From assembly GCA_040285855.1 (NCBI GenBank), contig JAUFOQ010000013.1:1488001-1552000 (forward strand): a stretch of DNA of 64,000 nt, written 5' to 3'. The position numbers and the translations under genes were made by a program. This document shows, in pieces, positions 13,096 to 25,236 of the stretch; within the stretch, counting starts at the first letter, position 1, and the number at the start of each line of letters is the position of its first letter. This DNA is from Eukaryota sp. GEM-RC1. Its lineage: Eukaryota. The notes under the pieces were generated by a model. The model saw only the letters and a program-made list of their open reading frames with translations, searched no databases and was not told where the DNA came from.

Positions 13096-14168
13096 CAGTC
13101 AAAACTGTCTATAGCGTGAAACTCTATATAGCGTAAAACTCTATATAGCGTGCACTTTTCATGGTCCGACATTTTCCTCCTCTTTTTCCCATATGACATC
13201 CTGTCTGTCGCCTCTATCAGTAGTTCTCTTTGGTAATAAACTGTCGTATTGCTGGCGTTCATTCTGATAACATCTTTTGATCAGCAACTTGAAGGTGTAT
13301 TACCTTCTTTCTTGACTTCACATATACTGGACATATTTCCTTTGATACGCCTGACATCCCCGTCTTAGCTGCCTCGTCAACATCATCCCTTTCACATCTT
13401 GCTCATTTCAGATTATCTTTGGTGTTACAGCTTCTAACAAATGTAAATCCTCCATCAAAACCCTGTAGGATGTTGATTGACGTACCACAAGAACTTTTTT
13501 ATCTAGCAACCATCCATACTCTCCAAAAGAGTTCCCTAAAAGAGCATAACACATGGTCTAAACCAACGCTATAACGTAGACGTAGACGGAAGATATATTT
13601 ATGATAAACAACCTCATTGAATCGTGTTTATGGGGAGAACCAACAAGAAACTATACAGAACTACCATGAAGCCATAGAACAAACCCAAATTGATAGGGAA
13701 ATAGAAGGAGTGATGGAAGAATGTAGATCCGCTCTCATAGTCTCTGGAGATTCATCACTCATCTACTCAGAGAGGAGGGTGATACAAGGGATACAACTGG
13801 TTGCTTGGAAGAAGAATCATGTCATCATAGGTGTAAGCGAGATGATCATGTCTCTTCTTCACTCTTTCATGTCCAAATAGGGTCAGAATGAAGTTACTCC
13901 ACCAGAACTTCCATATCTGGATGATTTCTTGAATTCCGTTCAAAATATTTACCACCCAGATTCTAGTCTTGTCCATTCTTCCTTCTCCATCCCATGTAGT
14001 TATGTCCACGATGTGGATATTTGGATGACCCATACTTTGTCCTTTCTAGATCTTCTTGAAATAAACACTCATTGTTGAGATTGGAGCTGCACAGTGCGTT
14101 TATTCTATATAGCGTAAAACTCTATATAGCGTAGGTACATATAGTCCCGCTATAAACAGTGTTGACTG
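13096..14168. mobile_element. Non-autonomous pogo/Tc1-mariner-type DNA transposon
   Basis: TA on both flanks; TIR CAGTCAAAACTGTCTATAGCG versus reverse complement CAGTCAACACTGTTTATAGCG; internal repeats AAACTCTATATAGCGT at both ends. Confidence 0.85.
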
Positions 14169-14750
14169 TAATTCTTTACAGTGTTACAGTTTCTTAGGAT
14201 GGAAAAGGTGGACACTCACATTTGTTTAGTTATCTGAAACATAACATTCAGGTCGTTGTTAGGTGAAGTGTCAAATTCACGGTAATGATCACTCACGAAG
14301 TTTTCTAAATGTATTGAAGAACTAAACAACATGTGGTATGCATAATATCGTCAATTGAAGGAGTGATGTCATTGTATTAGACGTTTTGGATAATTGAAAT
14401 TCAATATTTCTTTTGATAAAGTGGGTAGTTTACTATTTCAACATAAACTAGAACAGTTGCTCATTTAATACCACTCTTCCACTTGTAACTGACTTCACTA
14501 ATAGAGTGTCTCTACTAAGAGGCTTGGTCGTACGCCTTCAAGATTAATCTATTTGGTATATGTCAAGAATTGTCGTACAGAGTACTTTAATCGACTTTAG
14601 ATTCCTATTATGTGTGTTTAGGAACACACCGGATAACAGATGTTTATTGAGGTCTATTTAGTGTGTGTCTTGATGCAACATCAAGAAGATGTGAAGTTAA
14701 ATTAATGTACTAGTAGGGAGAAGGTGAATAGGACAGGTCAAGGGTGGTGG

Positions 14751-15062
14751 TTATATACCGTAGCCATAGAGTACTTGTCCTCTTCGCTTCAAGGCATATA
14801 TGACATCAAGGGCTGTTATTGTCTTTCTTTTAGCATGTTCACAATAGTTGATTGTGTCCCAAAGCACGTTGCGGAGATAGGTACGGAGAGTGGCCCTTGT
14901 TTCATCATACACGAGAGCCGATATTCGCTTTACTCCACCACGACGAGCAAGACGGCGAATGGCAGGTTTGGTGATACCAAAAATGTTATCCCTAAGGTCT
15001 TTCCTAGATCGAAGCCTCTTGGCACCTTCTTTACCGAAGCCCTTGCCACCTTTTCCAGCCAT
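14751..15062 (-). CDS. H4: Histone H4 (divergent)
   Basis: [38 protein letters not shown]. Confidence 0.97.
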   Translation of the reverse strand: MAGKGGKGFGKEGAKRLRSRKDLRDNIFGITKPAIRRLARRGGVKRISALVYDETRATLRTYLRNVLWDTINYCEHAKRKTITALDVIYALKRRGQVLYGYGI

Positions 15063-15715
15063 AGAGAAGTGCAGGTAAATGAATCTTCGTTAATTCTTCT
15101 CTCCACAATTCTTTCTTGAAAAGATTCCTTTCACCGTGCGTTTTCGTAAACCTTGTCGGTAACTATGCCATTATGATTCAACGACAGTAAGTCTGCCATG
15201 TCTGTCTGTTTTTCATCGACCAGTTTCAATTTTTGTGCGATTCCCTTCCACTGGTTTCCTTTGGGTGATCCTGTATGAAGTTTGTCTAGTTCATAACGAC
15301 TCATGTCCCTTTTCAAAGGTAGCAATGATTTTGGATTCCAAATACTTCAATGTAAAATCCATTCCTTTGTTATTCGCTATGACTTTCGATGCTTGATTAT
15401 CTTAAAAATAAACCATGAATTAAACTTCGGAAGGGTTTCTTCATTGATCCCGAGTTCCTCCAACCTTTCGCGTATAATCTACCCTAAACATAATGACTAC
15501 AATACAACTTCTAAACAGAATGTGTATTGTCAAAGGAATACATTAATCAATATTGTAAAATATAATAACACCAATCATATGCATCAAACGAACTTGACCA
15601 TACTAGTGAGTTAGTGCTAACAAAAAGAAAAAAACTAAAAAACTATACGGTGTGAAAAACAAATCAAGTGAAAACCAGGCTAATCACCATAACACCCTAA
15701 ATGATCAAACAACTT

Positions 15716-17851
15716 TTAAATTCTACATTTCTCTTCAAAACTTTGATAGAACTGAATCATTTCTGATGACGTTTGAGGTGTCATTCCAGTAATAGCTTCT
15801 TGCAAATGCCTCATCTTCACAACCAACTCTCCTTCAATGTCCTCTCTCAACACATTCATTGCAGCTTCACGACAAACAGAAGCAATCTCAGCACCAGAGA
15901 AGTCAACAGAAGTCAATGCCAACTCAGCATAATCAACATCGTCACCAACACTCATTTTAGATAGGCAAACTCTAAATATATCCTTTCTAGAAGCTTCGTC
16001 TGGAAGTCCACAGTACACTAACCTATCTAATCTCCCAGGTCTCAAAAGAGCAGGATCCATGGAATCTGGTCTGTTAGTAGCACCAATAATTACCACATTT
16101 TTCAAACATTCAACACCATCGATTTCATTAAGCAAAGTAGTTAAAACACCGGTTTTGTTATTAGATGACGAATCTCTGGTACCAGCCAAAGCATCAATCT
16201 CATCAAAAAAGATTAGACAAGGAGCTGCTGTTCGAGCTTTAGTAAATAGAGATCTAATTGTTTTTCAGATTCACCCAGATATTTAGAGAACACTTCTGGT
16301 CCTTTAACTAATAAAAAGTTAATACCAGCTTCAGTTGCAAGAGCTTTGGCCGTGAGAGTTTTAGAACAACCAGGTGGTCCATATAGTAAAACTCCTTTAG
16401 GTGGGGATATTCCCAATATTTCAAATTTCTCAGAATATTTCAATGGCCATTCCACCGACTCTTTCAACACTTGTTTAACATTCTCCAGCCCACCAATGTC
16501 ACTCCACTTAACTCTTGGAATGGTAAGAGTAACTTCACGCAGGGCTGATGGTCGAACACATGTCAGAGCTGACTCTAGGTTTGACAAGGTAAGTGAAGGA
16601 AAGGTGGAGCTCGAAACGGAGTGTTTAACGGCATCGAAAGCAGCAAAGTGAACTAGTGAGACGATGTCGGAAGCAACAAAACCATGGAGATTATCAGAAA
16701 ATGACTGGATATCGTCATCAATCAAATTAGATTGAGATTTGGCTAAGAGAGATGATAGGATTTTGAGTCTATCGACTGGTGATGGAACAGGAAGGTCAAA
16801 TTCATGAACGAATTTTGATCTAAAAAGGCAGGTAGAACGTCTGATTTTGAACATGTAGCAAAAACAAAAGGCCCTACATTACAATCATTGACTAGACTCA
16901 AAAATTGGGAAAATTTAAAAATCAAATCACTAGTTGTTTCATCAGAGGAAGAAAAAACTGATCAACATCAGCAATCAAAATGATTGACTGTGAAAGACAA
17001 TCAATTTGATTAATTAAACGATCCAACTCATCACAAACAGTCGTTTTTGATTGAACCGGGTGAATTTCTGTAAAATTCGACGAGAACTTCTGACTCAGAT
17101 ACTTAACCAATTGTTTCTTCCCTACTCCAAAATGTCCAGTAATTAGCACAGTCCGAGGTGCTCCAAATGACAATGAATCGAAGAGAGATGCGTGGTGAAG
17201 GGATAATGAGAGGAGAGCGGAAACTTCTTCAGTTAAAGAAGAATATCCAGCAAAAAGAACTGGCGAAGTTGATGACGTGGCAGGCGCTGATTGAGAAGGA
17301 TTGAATTCCATAGAAGTCTGTGGAGTTATGATCCCTTCGCAATCAGACGTGACTGTGAAGACGTTATCAGATGAAAAAAATGGAGGGAAGTTGAATGAAA
17401 GAGTAGATCCTGTTCGAACAACTCTTCCTATTAACTTTGTCATGAGTAATGAATGGAAAGATGGGGATGGAGAGGATTTCATAGAAGAAGGGACAATGGA
17501 GAACTGAGAGAGAGGATTGGGGGTGGGAGAAGCTGTGGGAGAAGCAGTTGTGGAACCCAAGTCACGACAAGTGTCTTGATCCAGTTTACAATGTCCAAAA
17601 GGTGTGGATTGGTCTGGGAAAACACGAATGATGACGTAATTATCTGAAGAAGAGGATTGAAGCTTGAGGAAATCACCTGGATAAATAGATAGAGCTGACA
17701 GACATTCAGGATGTAGTCTGGCTATTGGTGGTGAAGTGATAGATGAAACTGAGAGAGGGCCTTTTAGCACACGATTGGTGGGTGTAGGTGATGCAGGTTT
17801 CAATGGAGATTTTGCTGCAGGAGAAGATTTATGTTTTGGGGTTCCTGGCAT
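15716..17851 (-). CDS. AFG2: AFG2/SPATA5-like double AAA+ ATPase; frameshifted in the assembly
   Basis: D2 has WSDIGGL, GVLLYGPPGCSKT, VKGPE, GATNRPDSMDPALLRPGRLDR. D1 is degenerate (GHFGVGKK, IADVD). The gene is split over ORFs 16922-17851, 16213-16854 and 15716-16189. Confidence 0.85.
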
Positions 17852-17974
17852 TGAATTGCAAACTCAGAAAAGGAAAACTTGTTCAAACATCACTAGAAGA
17901 GACAGTATATTTACAGACCTTGGTACATCCAAGGGCGCTTTTGCAGACGAGTATTGATAATGGAAGAATATAGT

Positions 17975-18013
17975 GGGGTACGGTGCAGAGGCAATAAGCC
18001 CAGAGCTGAGATT
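17975..18013 (+). pseudogene. Degenerate partial copy of the adjacent tRNA-Trp
   Basis: ggggtacggtgcagaggca..agcc-cagagctg-agat aligns by eye with ggggccatggtccaatggca..agcctccagagctgcaagat; the anticodon loop is partly deleted. Confidence 0.4.
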
Positions 18014-18027
18014 ATCTAAGCAGGAAT

Positions 18028-18099
18028 GGGGCCATGGTCCAATGGCAGGGCATCAGCCTCCAGAGCTGCAAGATCGTGGTTCGATTCCTCGTGGCCCCA
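18028..18099 (+). tRNA. tRNA-Trp (CCA) with a 4-bp anticodon stem
   Basis: Acceptor GGGGCCA/TGGCCCC+A; D arm GTCC/GGGC; anticodon arm TCAGC-CTCCAGA-GCTGC; T arm CGTGG-TTCGATT-CCTCG. Confidence 0.93.
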
Positions 18100-18101
18100 C
18101 A

Positions 18102-18114
18102 TTTTTAATTTTTT
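18102..18114 (+). terminator. Pol III oligo-T terminator
   Basis: T5 then T6 immediately downstream of the tRNA. Confidence 0.7.
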
Positions 18115-18181
18115 GGCTCATTGAAGGATGAGTCTGTTGTTCTCACAGTTATATAATTTCGACAATTAGTCCAAGACGATT

Positions 18182-18760
18182 TTACTATTTCTCACCTTTT
18201 GAGTTGTAATCGTTTCATTGCTTATAGAACTTGTATTCATGATGCTGTCAGAGATCAAATTCATGCATCGTGTAAGTCCTACAAAATCGAATCTTTCGTT
18301 GAGTCACTGTTGAGATCACTGGAAATCAATAATTCAAAAAATAGTGATTCTGATTAGACTTTTGGTGAACGAAGAGCTGATGTTATAATTCCATCAGTCA
18401 ATGATGAACTAACCGTTGTTGATGTGATTACTGTGGATGTTTGCACAAAAAGTGCATTCAAGGATGCTAAAAATGAAGTTTCTCCACTGAATTCTTCAGA
18501 ACAATACAAGAGAAACAATTATGATGAACCACTGACTGCTCTCAAACATATTAGACATGTTGAGTACAAATTATGATTATGTCCTTTTGCAATTTCAATT
18601 TATGGTCGACTTGGTAGAGATGCTCATTGTTTCTCTCTGATTTTGAGAAAGTGGTCAAAAAAGAATGAACAAGAAATTTGATTTCAAATTTTGGTTAAAT
18701 CGTATTGTTTTTCAATATTTAAAACAATTCCTATCATGATTTCAAAAGCTCTATTAGCTC
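18182..18760 (+). mobile_element. 5'-truncated RLE-type (CRE/NeSL-like) non-LTR retrotransposon fragment, family A
   Basis: Near-identical to the reverse complement of about 29480-30060 (HDAVRDQ..RRADV..VDVITVD..PFAISIYGRLG), with stops. It is cut at 18761 by a hAT end. Confidence 0.85.
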
Positions 18761-19790
18761 TAGAGATGGGAGCCGGCTCAGTCTGGCCGGCTAAGCCGGC
18801 TAGCCGAGCCAGCCTACTGGTCCAGAATAGAAATATTTCCAGCTGCAAGCCGGCTGGCTAAAAATATTTTTAGCCGGCTCAAGCCGAATATTTTAGGTTT
18901 TCCGAAAACATAGCTAACAAAGAACGAATAATGAATTTAGAATTCGAAAATAATCATTTACAGCGCTTATCAGAACAGTTTAGGGCTACTAATGTTCATC
19001 AACGTTTGAGCAACAATAAAATTGGTGAATATTGTTGATATGTGCCGAATAATTGCCCTACTGCTTTTCTTGGGGTACTGATAATCCATTCAGTGCCATA
19101 TGTACAGTGTCGCAGTGTCTATGTCTGACACTTTATATGTCTATTACATCTTTTACTTCCATTTAAAATGTATGTACATGTGTTCTGAGACAGTAAAAGC
19201 CTAGAGTCTGTCAGAGATCTTCTGCCAACGACTTTGTTTCTTTAGAACTAACTAAGCTCCTTCTTAAAAGTACTACTGTACCGTTTTCCCATATTATGCA
19301 GACAGCCAATTCCATAGTGGTGATATGATTGTTTCACAGATTCAAATAATAACTACATTGTAACTGATCAACGTCAAGTTCATAAGTGATAATCACAAAA
19401 ATAAGTGACATGTAAGTTCTTAATGTTCAATATCATATTTATTTCAACAAAACATTCCTCTTATCTTCTAAATATCATCGATGTCCAATTCATTTATGTC
19501 AGGTTCGTCATTCTCATCATCATCATTTGGAAATCGCTGCAGTATCTTTTTGACTAAATACATGTCCCAATACTTTCTGTTATATGAGAGGAACAATTGT
19601 TGTTCTAGTAAACTCCATTTCAAACAAGAAGTTTGGTCCACTTGTTTTCCAAGAGACATCCAGTAAATCATCTGATAGATAATTACTTTCTTTAAGATCT
19701 GTCCTGAAAAAGCTTCTGCATCATCTTTCAAAACATTTTGAAAGTTAGGATTTTATTGTTCGCATTAGCTAGGCTAAGCAAAATAATCCT
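18761..19790 (-). mobile_element. hAT transposon end with transposase C-terminal remnant
   Basis: TAGAGATGG terminus followed by many AGCCGGCT subterminal repeats. Minus ORF 19468-19731 (SLLEQQLFLSYNRKYWD plus acidic tail) resembles a hAT C-terminus. Confidence 0.6.
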
Positions 19791-19794
19791 ATTT

Positions 19795-20530
19795 TCGCAA
19801 TTTTGTGTCAGATTTGAAAGATAACCCTCTATCGGCTTTTCTTAAGGAAATTCTGCAAATTTATGGATTTTTATTCAATTATCATCAATGGACCACTAAC
19901 ATGCGTTTTAGGTGTTATTTATGGCCTCATAATCTACTCAATGCTTGTTATTGTCAATGTGGCCAATTGCTAATGTTGTCTCATCTGTTTGTTTGTTTGC
20001 ATTACATTACCTATTGATCTTCTTCTCAAGACCTAGTAAGAGATCAAATACATGATATGTGCAAATTTTACAAAATTGAATCATACATTGAATCATTGCT
20101 TAGATCTCCTCTCAATCATCATCAGTGATTGATGTTGTTTCAGTGGATGTCTGCAGGAAAAGTTGTGACAAATTGGTTACAAAAGAAGTATCACCTCTAA
20201 ACATTGCAGAAAATAACAAATAAAGAAGTTATGTTAATTCACTCAAAGATCTGAAATAAATGATTCTTGTTGAATATTGATTTATCCCATTTGCTATTTG
20301 TATAAATAAGCCATGAAGTTCTTAGATGATATTGCAAAGGTTGTTGCCAGTAGAACTAACAAAAATTTTGGCCGCTCATTCAGGTACAACAGATTAGTCT
20401 TTACAATTCTGAATGCAGTTCCCACAGTGATTTCGTAAGCTTTATTATCCGTCAGTGTACATTATGAAGACAAAGCTTCAACAAGGTTCCTTTCTAAGGA
20501 GTCTTGCCTTAATGATCTATTTCATTATAT
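19795..20530 (+). mobile_element. Decayed RLE non-LTR retrotransposon fragment related to family A
   Basis: QIYGFLFNYHQWTTNMRFRCYLWP..CYCQC..SHL matches QIYGLLLNDYQWTTTFRLRCFLWP in ORF 29407-30435; multiple stops. Confidence 0.8.
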
Positions 20531-22609
20531 TTGCCATAACAATTAACTATTAAAAACATAAAAAACATAAAAATTTTCCAAGTGGTAGGTCATATCTTCA
20601 AACATTTGTTACCGCCAGTCTGCTTGATCATACACTAAGTCGACTACAGAAATACGTGTATAGTGTTCGAGGTATTAGTTCTTTCTTTAACGATTTTGTG
20701 TGATCATCCGTTTCATCAATAGATATGTGGTGGGTGTCGTTAATTCCCTTTTGTAAATCCATGAACTATTAATGACATTTTGAACACTACTATGACCATT
20801 GTAAAATTGATCGTACCATTAGCAGATGTTGTTTAATGTTGTTATTCAGTACAAATAAAATGTCTATTGTTCATAATATTTTCGTTTCAATTTACAGTTG
20901 GAGTTCCTGATGGTACTACTTGTGCTGCTTTAACCTCTGATTTTTTTCAAATGATCAAGATACCGTTTTAAACATTGATTTTTAATATGCGTTTAATTGT
21001 GTTGTAAGATCAAAAATATCGGACGAAGTTTCTAAAATTGTTCCTCAGTTGATTTCTTTATTTTATCTTTTTGTAATAAATCTTCGAATTTAATTTTTGA
21101 CAAGTTTGATATTAAATAAATTAGAGGTTAATAACGGTTAATAACGGTTACTTGACAGCATATGGAACAATATAATATGAACACTACGTAAAGGATGCAT
21201 CATTCAGATCACTTCAAGCACAGGTTTATACAAATGATGTTTCGCGAACATCTTGTTTTCCTAAAATTACTGTACATAAATTAAAATCCCATTAATGGGG
21301 ATTATTATATAAATGATGTTAAGAATAATTAAAAAACCATGTCATTAAATACATGTTATCCCATTGTTCGAATAAACCGACATTTCAACATTGAAACTAT
21401 TAAAAATATCCAAAACCCTCCAAACAAATAGTAAAACCATTGGATACACATGCAGTCATGAATAAATGTATAGATATATATAAAAGATATTAATTACAAG
21501 GCAATAATACAACAATGAATACACCTATTGATCAGGAATGTTAAAAAATATATTTAATAAACAATATTTTTTATGACAATTCAAACAATGTAGATAAACC
21601 TTTACCATTAAATGTAAATGTATTTTTACTCATTAGATCATAATGGGTCTAGGGGATAACGTAATTATGGCTAACCATTATTTAGGCATAACCAACAAAC
21701 AATATTCCCTGAGGATTTTTGTGTAGACGCATTCAAACGATCTATAAACAAGATCAACAAACTAACTAATGAAATTATTCCCCTGTCTACAAATAATATT
21801 ATTTAATATACAAATATATTATAAGATCATCAAAAACTTTTCATACTGAATGACCGAAGGGTGCCCACACACTGGAAAGTTTTCCACGAATGGAAAGTTA
21901 TTCAAATTTTAATTAGGCACTAAAAGCTTGTTTAGGATCTGCACGTAGGATTAATCCTAATACGACAGTGGTTAGTCTAACTGCTACAGATGCATCATTA
22001 TATTGTAAAGCAAGTAATTGCATTATGCTAGTGTCAGTTATAGGTGCTGCAACTTTATTTGGAACTAACACTAATCAAAATAGTGGGTTATCATTTGAAA
22101 GTGTATGTGAGATCAATCGCGGTGATTTTATACGAATGAGAGTTAACGACCTATCTGAAAAGGAAACTCATGTTGTGTTATTACGAATGATTGGAGATGT
22201 TTATTAGACAAATAAAGTTGAGAATGACACTAGGGCAACGGATAATGCAAGTACCGATGGGAAGCCTGATTATCTTATACCTAATTGAATACGAGCCTTT
22301 GGCATTATTAGTTCTTATACTCAAATCACCAGTAATGAGGACCTAATAAATAATGATACTGTCAATACAATCTAACCTGGATGTAGTACATATACCATAT
22401 CTTCTCTTGTACGATATTGAGATTCCTTAAATCTTACATTTAGTTCATTTAAATGAATTAACATGTTTGCATAATGCAAATCGATTTCTTCATTAAAATT
22501 GGATTCGAATTCAGTGGTTTTAATACTATTTGATTCTTTGTAAAAATTTTATATCCTTCTGTTTCACTTACCGTTATGTGTATTTTCTCATTATATTTTT
22601 TGAATTTCT

Positions 22610-23050
22610 CTCAAGTTGTGTTTACTTTACTACAGTTGACCCGTTTCCAAAAGTCTACCAAGACTCCAGATTGAATGATTCAAACGGTCGTCTGGAAAAT
22701 GCTGACCAGCAAAAGTGTTCATATTATGCGGATGCTTTGAACAAGTTTAATGATAATCTGTCTTCTCAATTTCATTTGTTCCATTTGCGATTTCAATTTT
22801 TGGTAATATTGGTCCAGCTGGTTTAGAGTTTTTCCGTGATTATGGTCTTTTATGTCGTTCCAATGGCAAGGTGTATAATAGCGCTGTATGGATTAATCGA
22901 ATTATATTCGCTCTTAATAGAAGCATTCCCAAGTATTTATGTTCCATTTATTCGAAATTGTATATGGACAAATCTCGTGTTGATGTGGAGAATTTAACTT
23001 CTTTCATTTTTTGAATTGGTATGTATTAATTTATTGCTGCAAATAAACTC
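22610..23050 (+). mobile_element. RLE non-LTR retrotransposon 3' fragment, family B
   Basis: FTTVDPFPKVYQDSRLNDSNG.., nearly identical to 61015-61455, including the 3' UTR ending in caaataaactc. Confidence 0.85.
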
Positions 23051-23074
23051 TTTTATCAAGATCCGAACTAAGTT

Positions 23075-23770
23075 TTTGAGTGTATTAGTAGACTGTGGTG
23101 ACACTTCGTTGCCAGGTCATTGCTTCACATCTACTTTTTTTTGGGGGTGTAGGTTTCTCAAAGGCACAGTATCTTCGTGAAAGAGCATTCATAAAATGTT
23201 TGAAGAATTTCTTGTTTGAGTTTCGTATCCGTTATCCTGATCTTTGGCTTGTCATCTTCCCCGTGTTCATGGTTAATTAGCCTACAAGATCAGATTGAGA
23301 ACCTTGATGCTGATATATGGGCGTCTCCTTTCCCCGTATCTGTTACTGACTTTCCTCAAAGAAGTTTGTTCTCCTTACCACTATGTGTCCGTAAATTGCA
23401 GAAGCAATTTATCAACTATCATGAAAGCTTGGACTTTAAAAATCGTTTTAGCTCGGCTCAAATCGAGAGTCCCGCTTTGTAGTCAGTTTTCAGTAATTAT
23501 AAACATTCTTATATCTCTCTTGTCTAAACCCTAGCCAGTCACAGCTTTTTATGTTTTTTTTAAAAACATTTCTAATGATGAGGCTTCTACTTTGATTACG
23601 CGATATACTCAAAGATATAGTTTCAACTTAAAAGATCACGAATGGGTTTTCAACATTCGTTTGAGCTGTGGCTTATGACCTGTTGGTCTCCTGCAAAAGT
23701 CTACTTGTGTGTGGTTCTTCTTCAGCCTCTTTCCATCATGTGGTCAACTGTCATAAGTTTATTCATTTTG
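23075..23770 (+). mobile_element. Non-LTR retrotransposon fragment (post-RT region and zinc knuckle), decayed
   Basis: FGGVGFSKAQYLRE resembles the LP..GGLG motif; a decayed C.C..HHVVNC knuckle lies near 23700-23755. Confidence 0.6.
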
Positions 23771-23869
23771 TTGACTATACTGTCAAATGGGGTACTGTTA
23801 TCAGAGAAAACAAATGACATAGGTTTATGAGACGGAGATAAGTGAAATCTATAAAGTTAAATATAAAAA

Positions 23870-24460
23870 TAAACAACAATTTAAGATCAATTATTCACAA
23901 CAGTCTACGTGATCAATGTTTAGAATTATTTAAAAGTATTGGTTTCCATGGTAAAATCGAACCAGTTTTAAATACCTTATCTGACTCAACTATGAGAGAT
24001 AGGAGCAGCGGTGATTTGTTTGGTCCTTGGTTGTCCTCTCAAGAAATAATTATGGACTTTACTACTGTTGATCCTTGTAACTCAACTTCTGTTAAAAATA
24101 TTTTTGGTGAAAACTATTCAGCTCTTGAAACTGCTGAGAGGAAAAAATTAAATCGATATGGCGAATTAATTTCCAATATGAATTCTAGCCGACACAATCC
24201 TTTTGTTTTCCATCCTTTTGCTATTTCTCTTTATGGAACTTTTGGTTGCTTCGGTCAACAATTTCTCACAGATTTTGGCAAATTGTGTAAGCAGTATGGC
24301 AAGAATTTTAATGAAAGTTACTGGAGAGGAATGTTGTCGTTTTCCCTTTTCAAAGTCTTATTTAGGTATTTTGATTCGATTTTGAACAGTCTCTTTACAT
24401 TGAGACATGAATTTGAGATGATGTAGAGGTATTTGCATCTCATTTGTTAATATTGATGAT
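23870..24460 (+). mobile_element. RLE non-LTR retrotransposon 3' fragment, family C (endonuclease ORF still open)
   Basis: RSIIHNSLRD..IEP..GDL..DFTTVDP..AERKKLNRY..FHPFAISLYGTFG, the RH..E..R.D..D..E..K..Y layout of an RLE domain. Confidence 0.85.
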
Positions 24461-24679
24461 TGGTGCATACAGTGAAGAATGTGAAAATTGTTGATATCTA
24501 AAGGTGGGATCATGATTTGTATTGATGAATATAGTGAACAAAAGAATGTGTTAGTGCGTGTTCAAACATGTTGACATGTTAGAAAATCCCAAGCTGAACT
24601 TATGTTGCTTGAAGGTACCAAGACAGAACAACCAATGACACGTGGCAATACTGAAACAATTTCATTTCTTTCCCCTCTC

Positions 24680-25118
24680 ATGCAAGTCGCTGTTATTGTC
24701 TTCCTTTTATGTGTTTGCTTTGCTGCTTGTGAGCCTCCCACATATACGATGGCGGTCAAAAACATGAATTCATGGTACACATTACATTACTTCGACTATG
24801 AGGTGAAGGGCTATAGTATCGAAATTTATTCCCCTTCTTAACTGTAGTTGACTGGATCCAAAAAGGAGGGACATTTCTCCTGGATCGGTAGCTAATAACA
24901 TCTTCACTCTATATGGAAGTCTTAATATCGCCTGGTGTACACACACTTGGAGGGGGTCACAGAAAGAACTTGTGGAGATCTACTTTGCAACCGATGATAA
25001 GGGCGTATTTACGGAGGCTGAATGTTGGATGTGGGACGAAGAGGAATACATGCATGACTGCGATTGGTGGCGTAATGGACACGAGTTTGTATTTGCCATT
25101 GATACATCTAAAAGATAA
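24680..25118 (+). CDS. Small secreted Trp/Cys-containing hypothetical protein (about 135 aa, one intron, one homopolymer indel)
   Basis: Signal-like MQVAVIVFLLCVCFAA; 32-nt GT..TAG intron 24816-24847; one extra T near 24875 gives SPGSVANNIFTLYG..ECWMWDEEEYMHDCDWW..TSKR*. Confidence 0.6.
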
Positions 25119-25236
25119 AACTTAAATAAAATCTACAGGGAACTACATGTAGTACCTTCAATATAGTAAATACCAGACAACAGCAGAAATCAAACTAGAA
25201 GGATAATGGGAATATATTTTCGTACAGTGTATTAAG

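Noticed and set aside
11364..17851. POLE2 and AFG2 as pseudogenes
   Set aside because: These are normally essential genes with well-preserved motifs. The POLE2 breaks examined are single-base homopolymer indels typical of assembly error.
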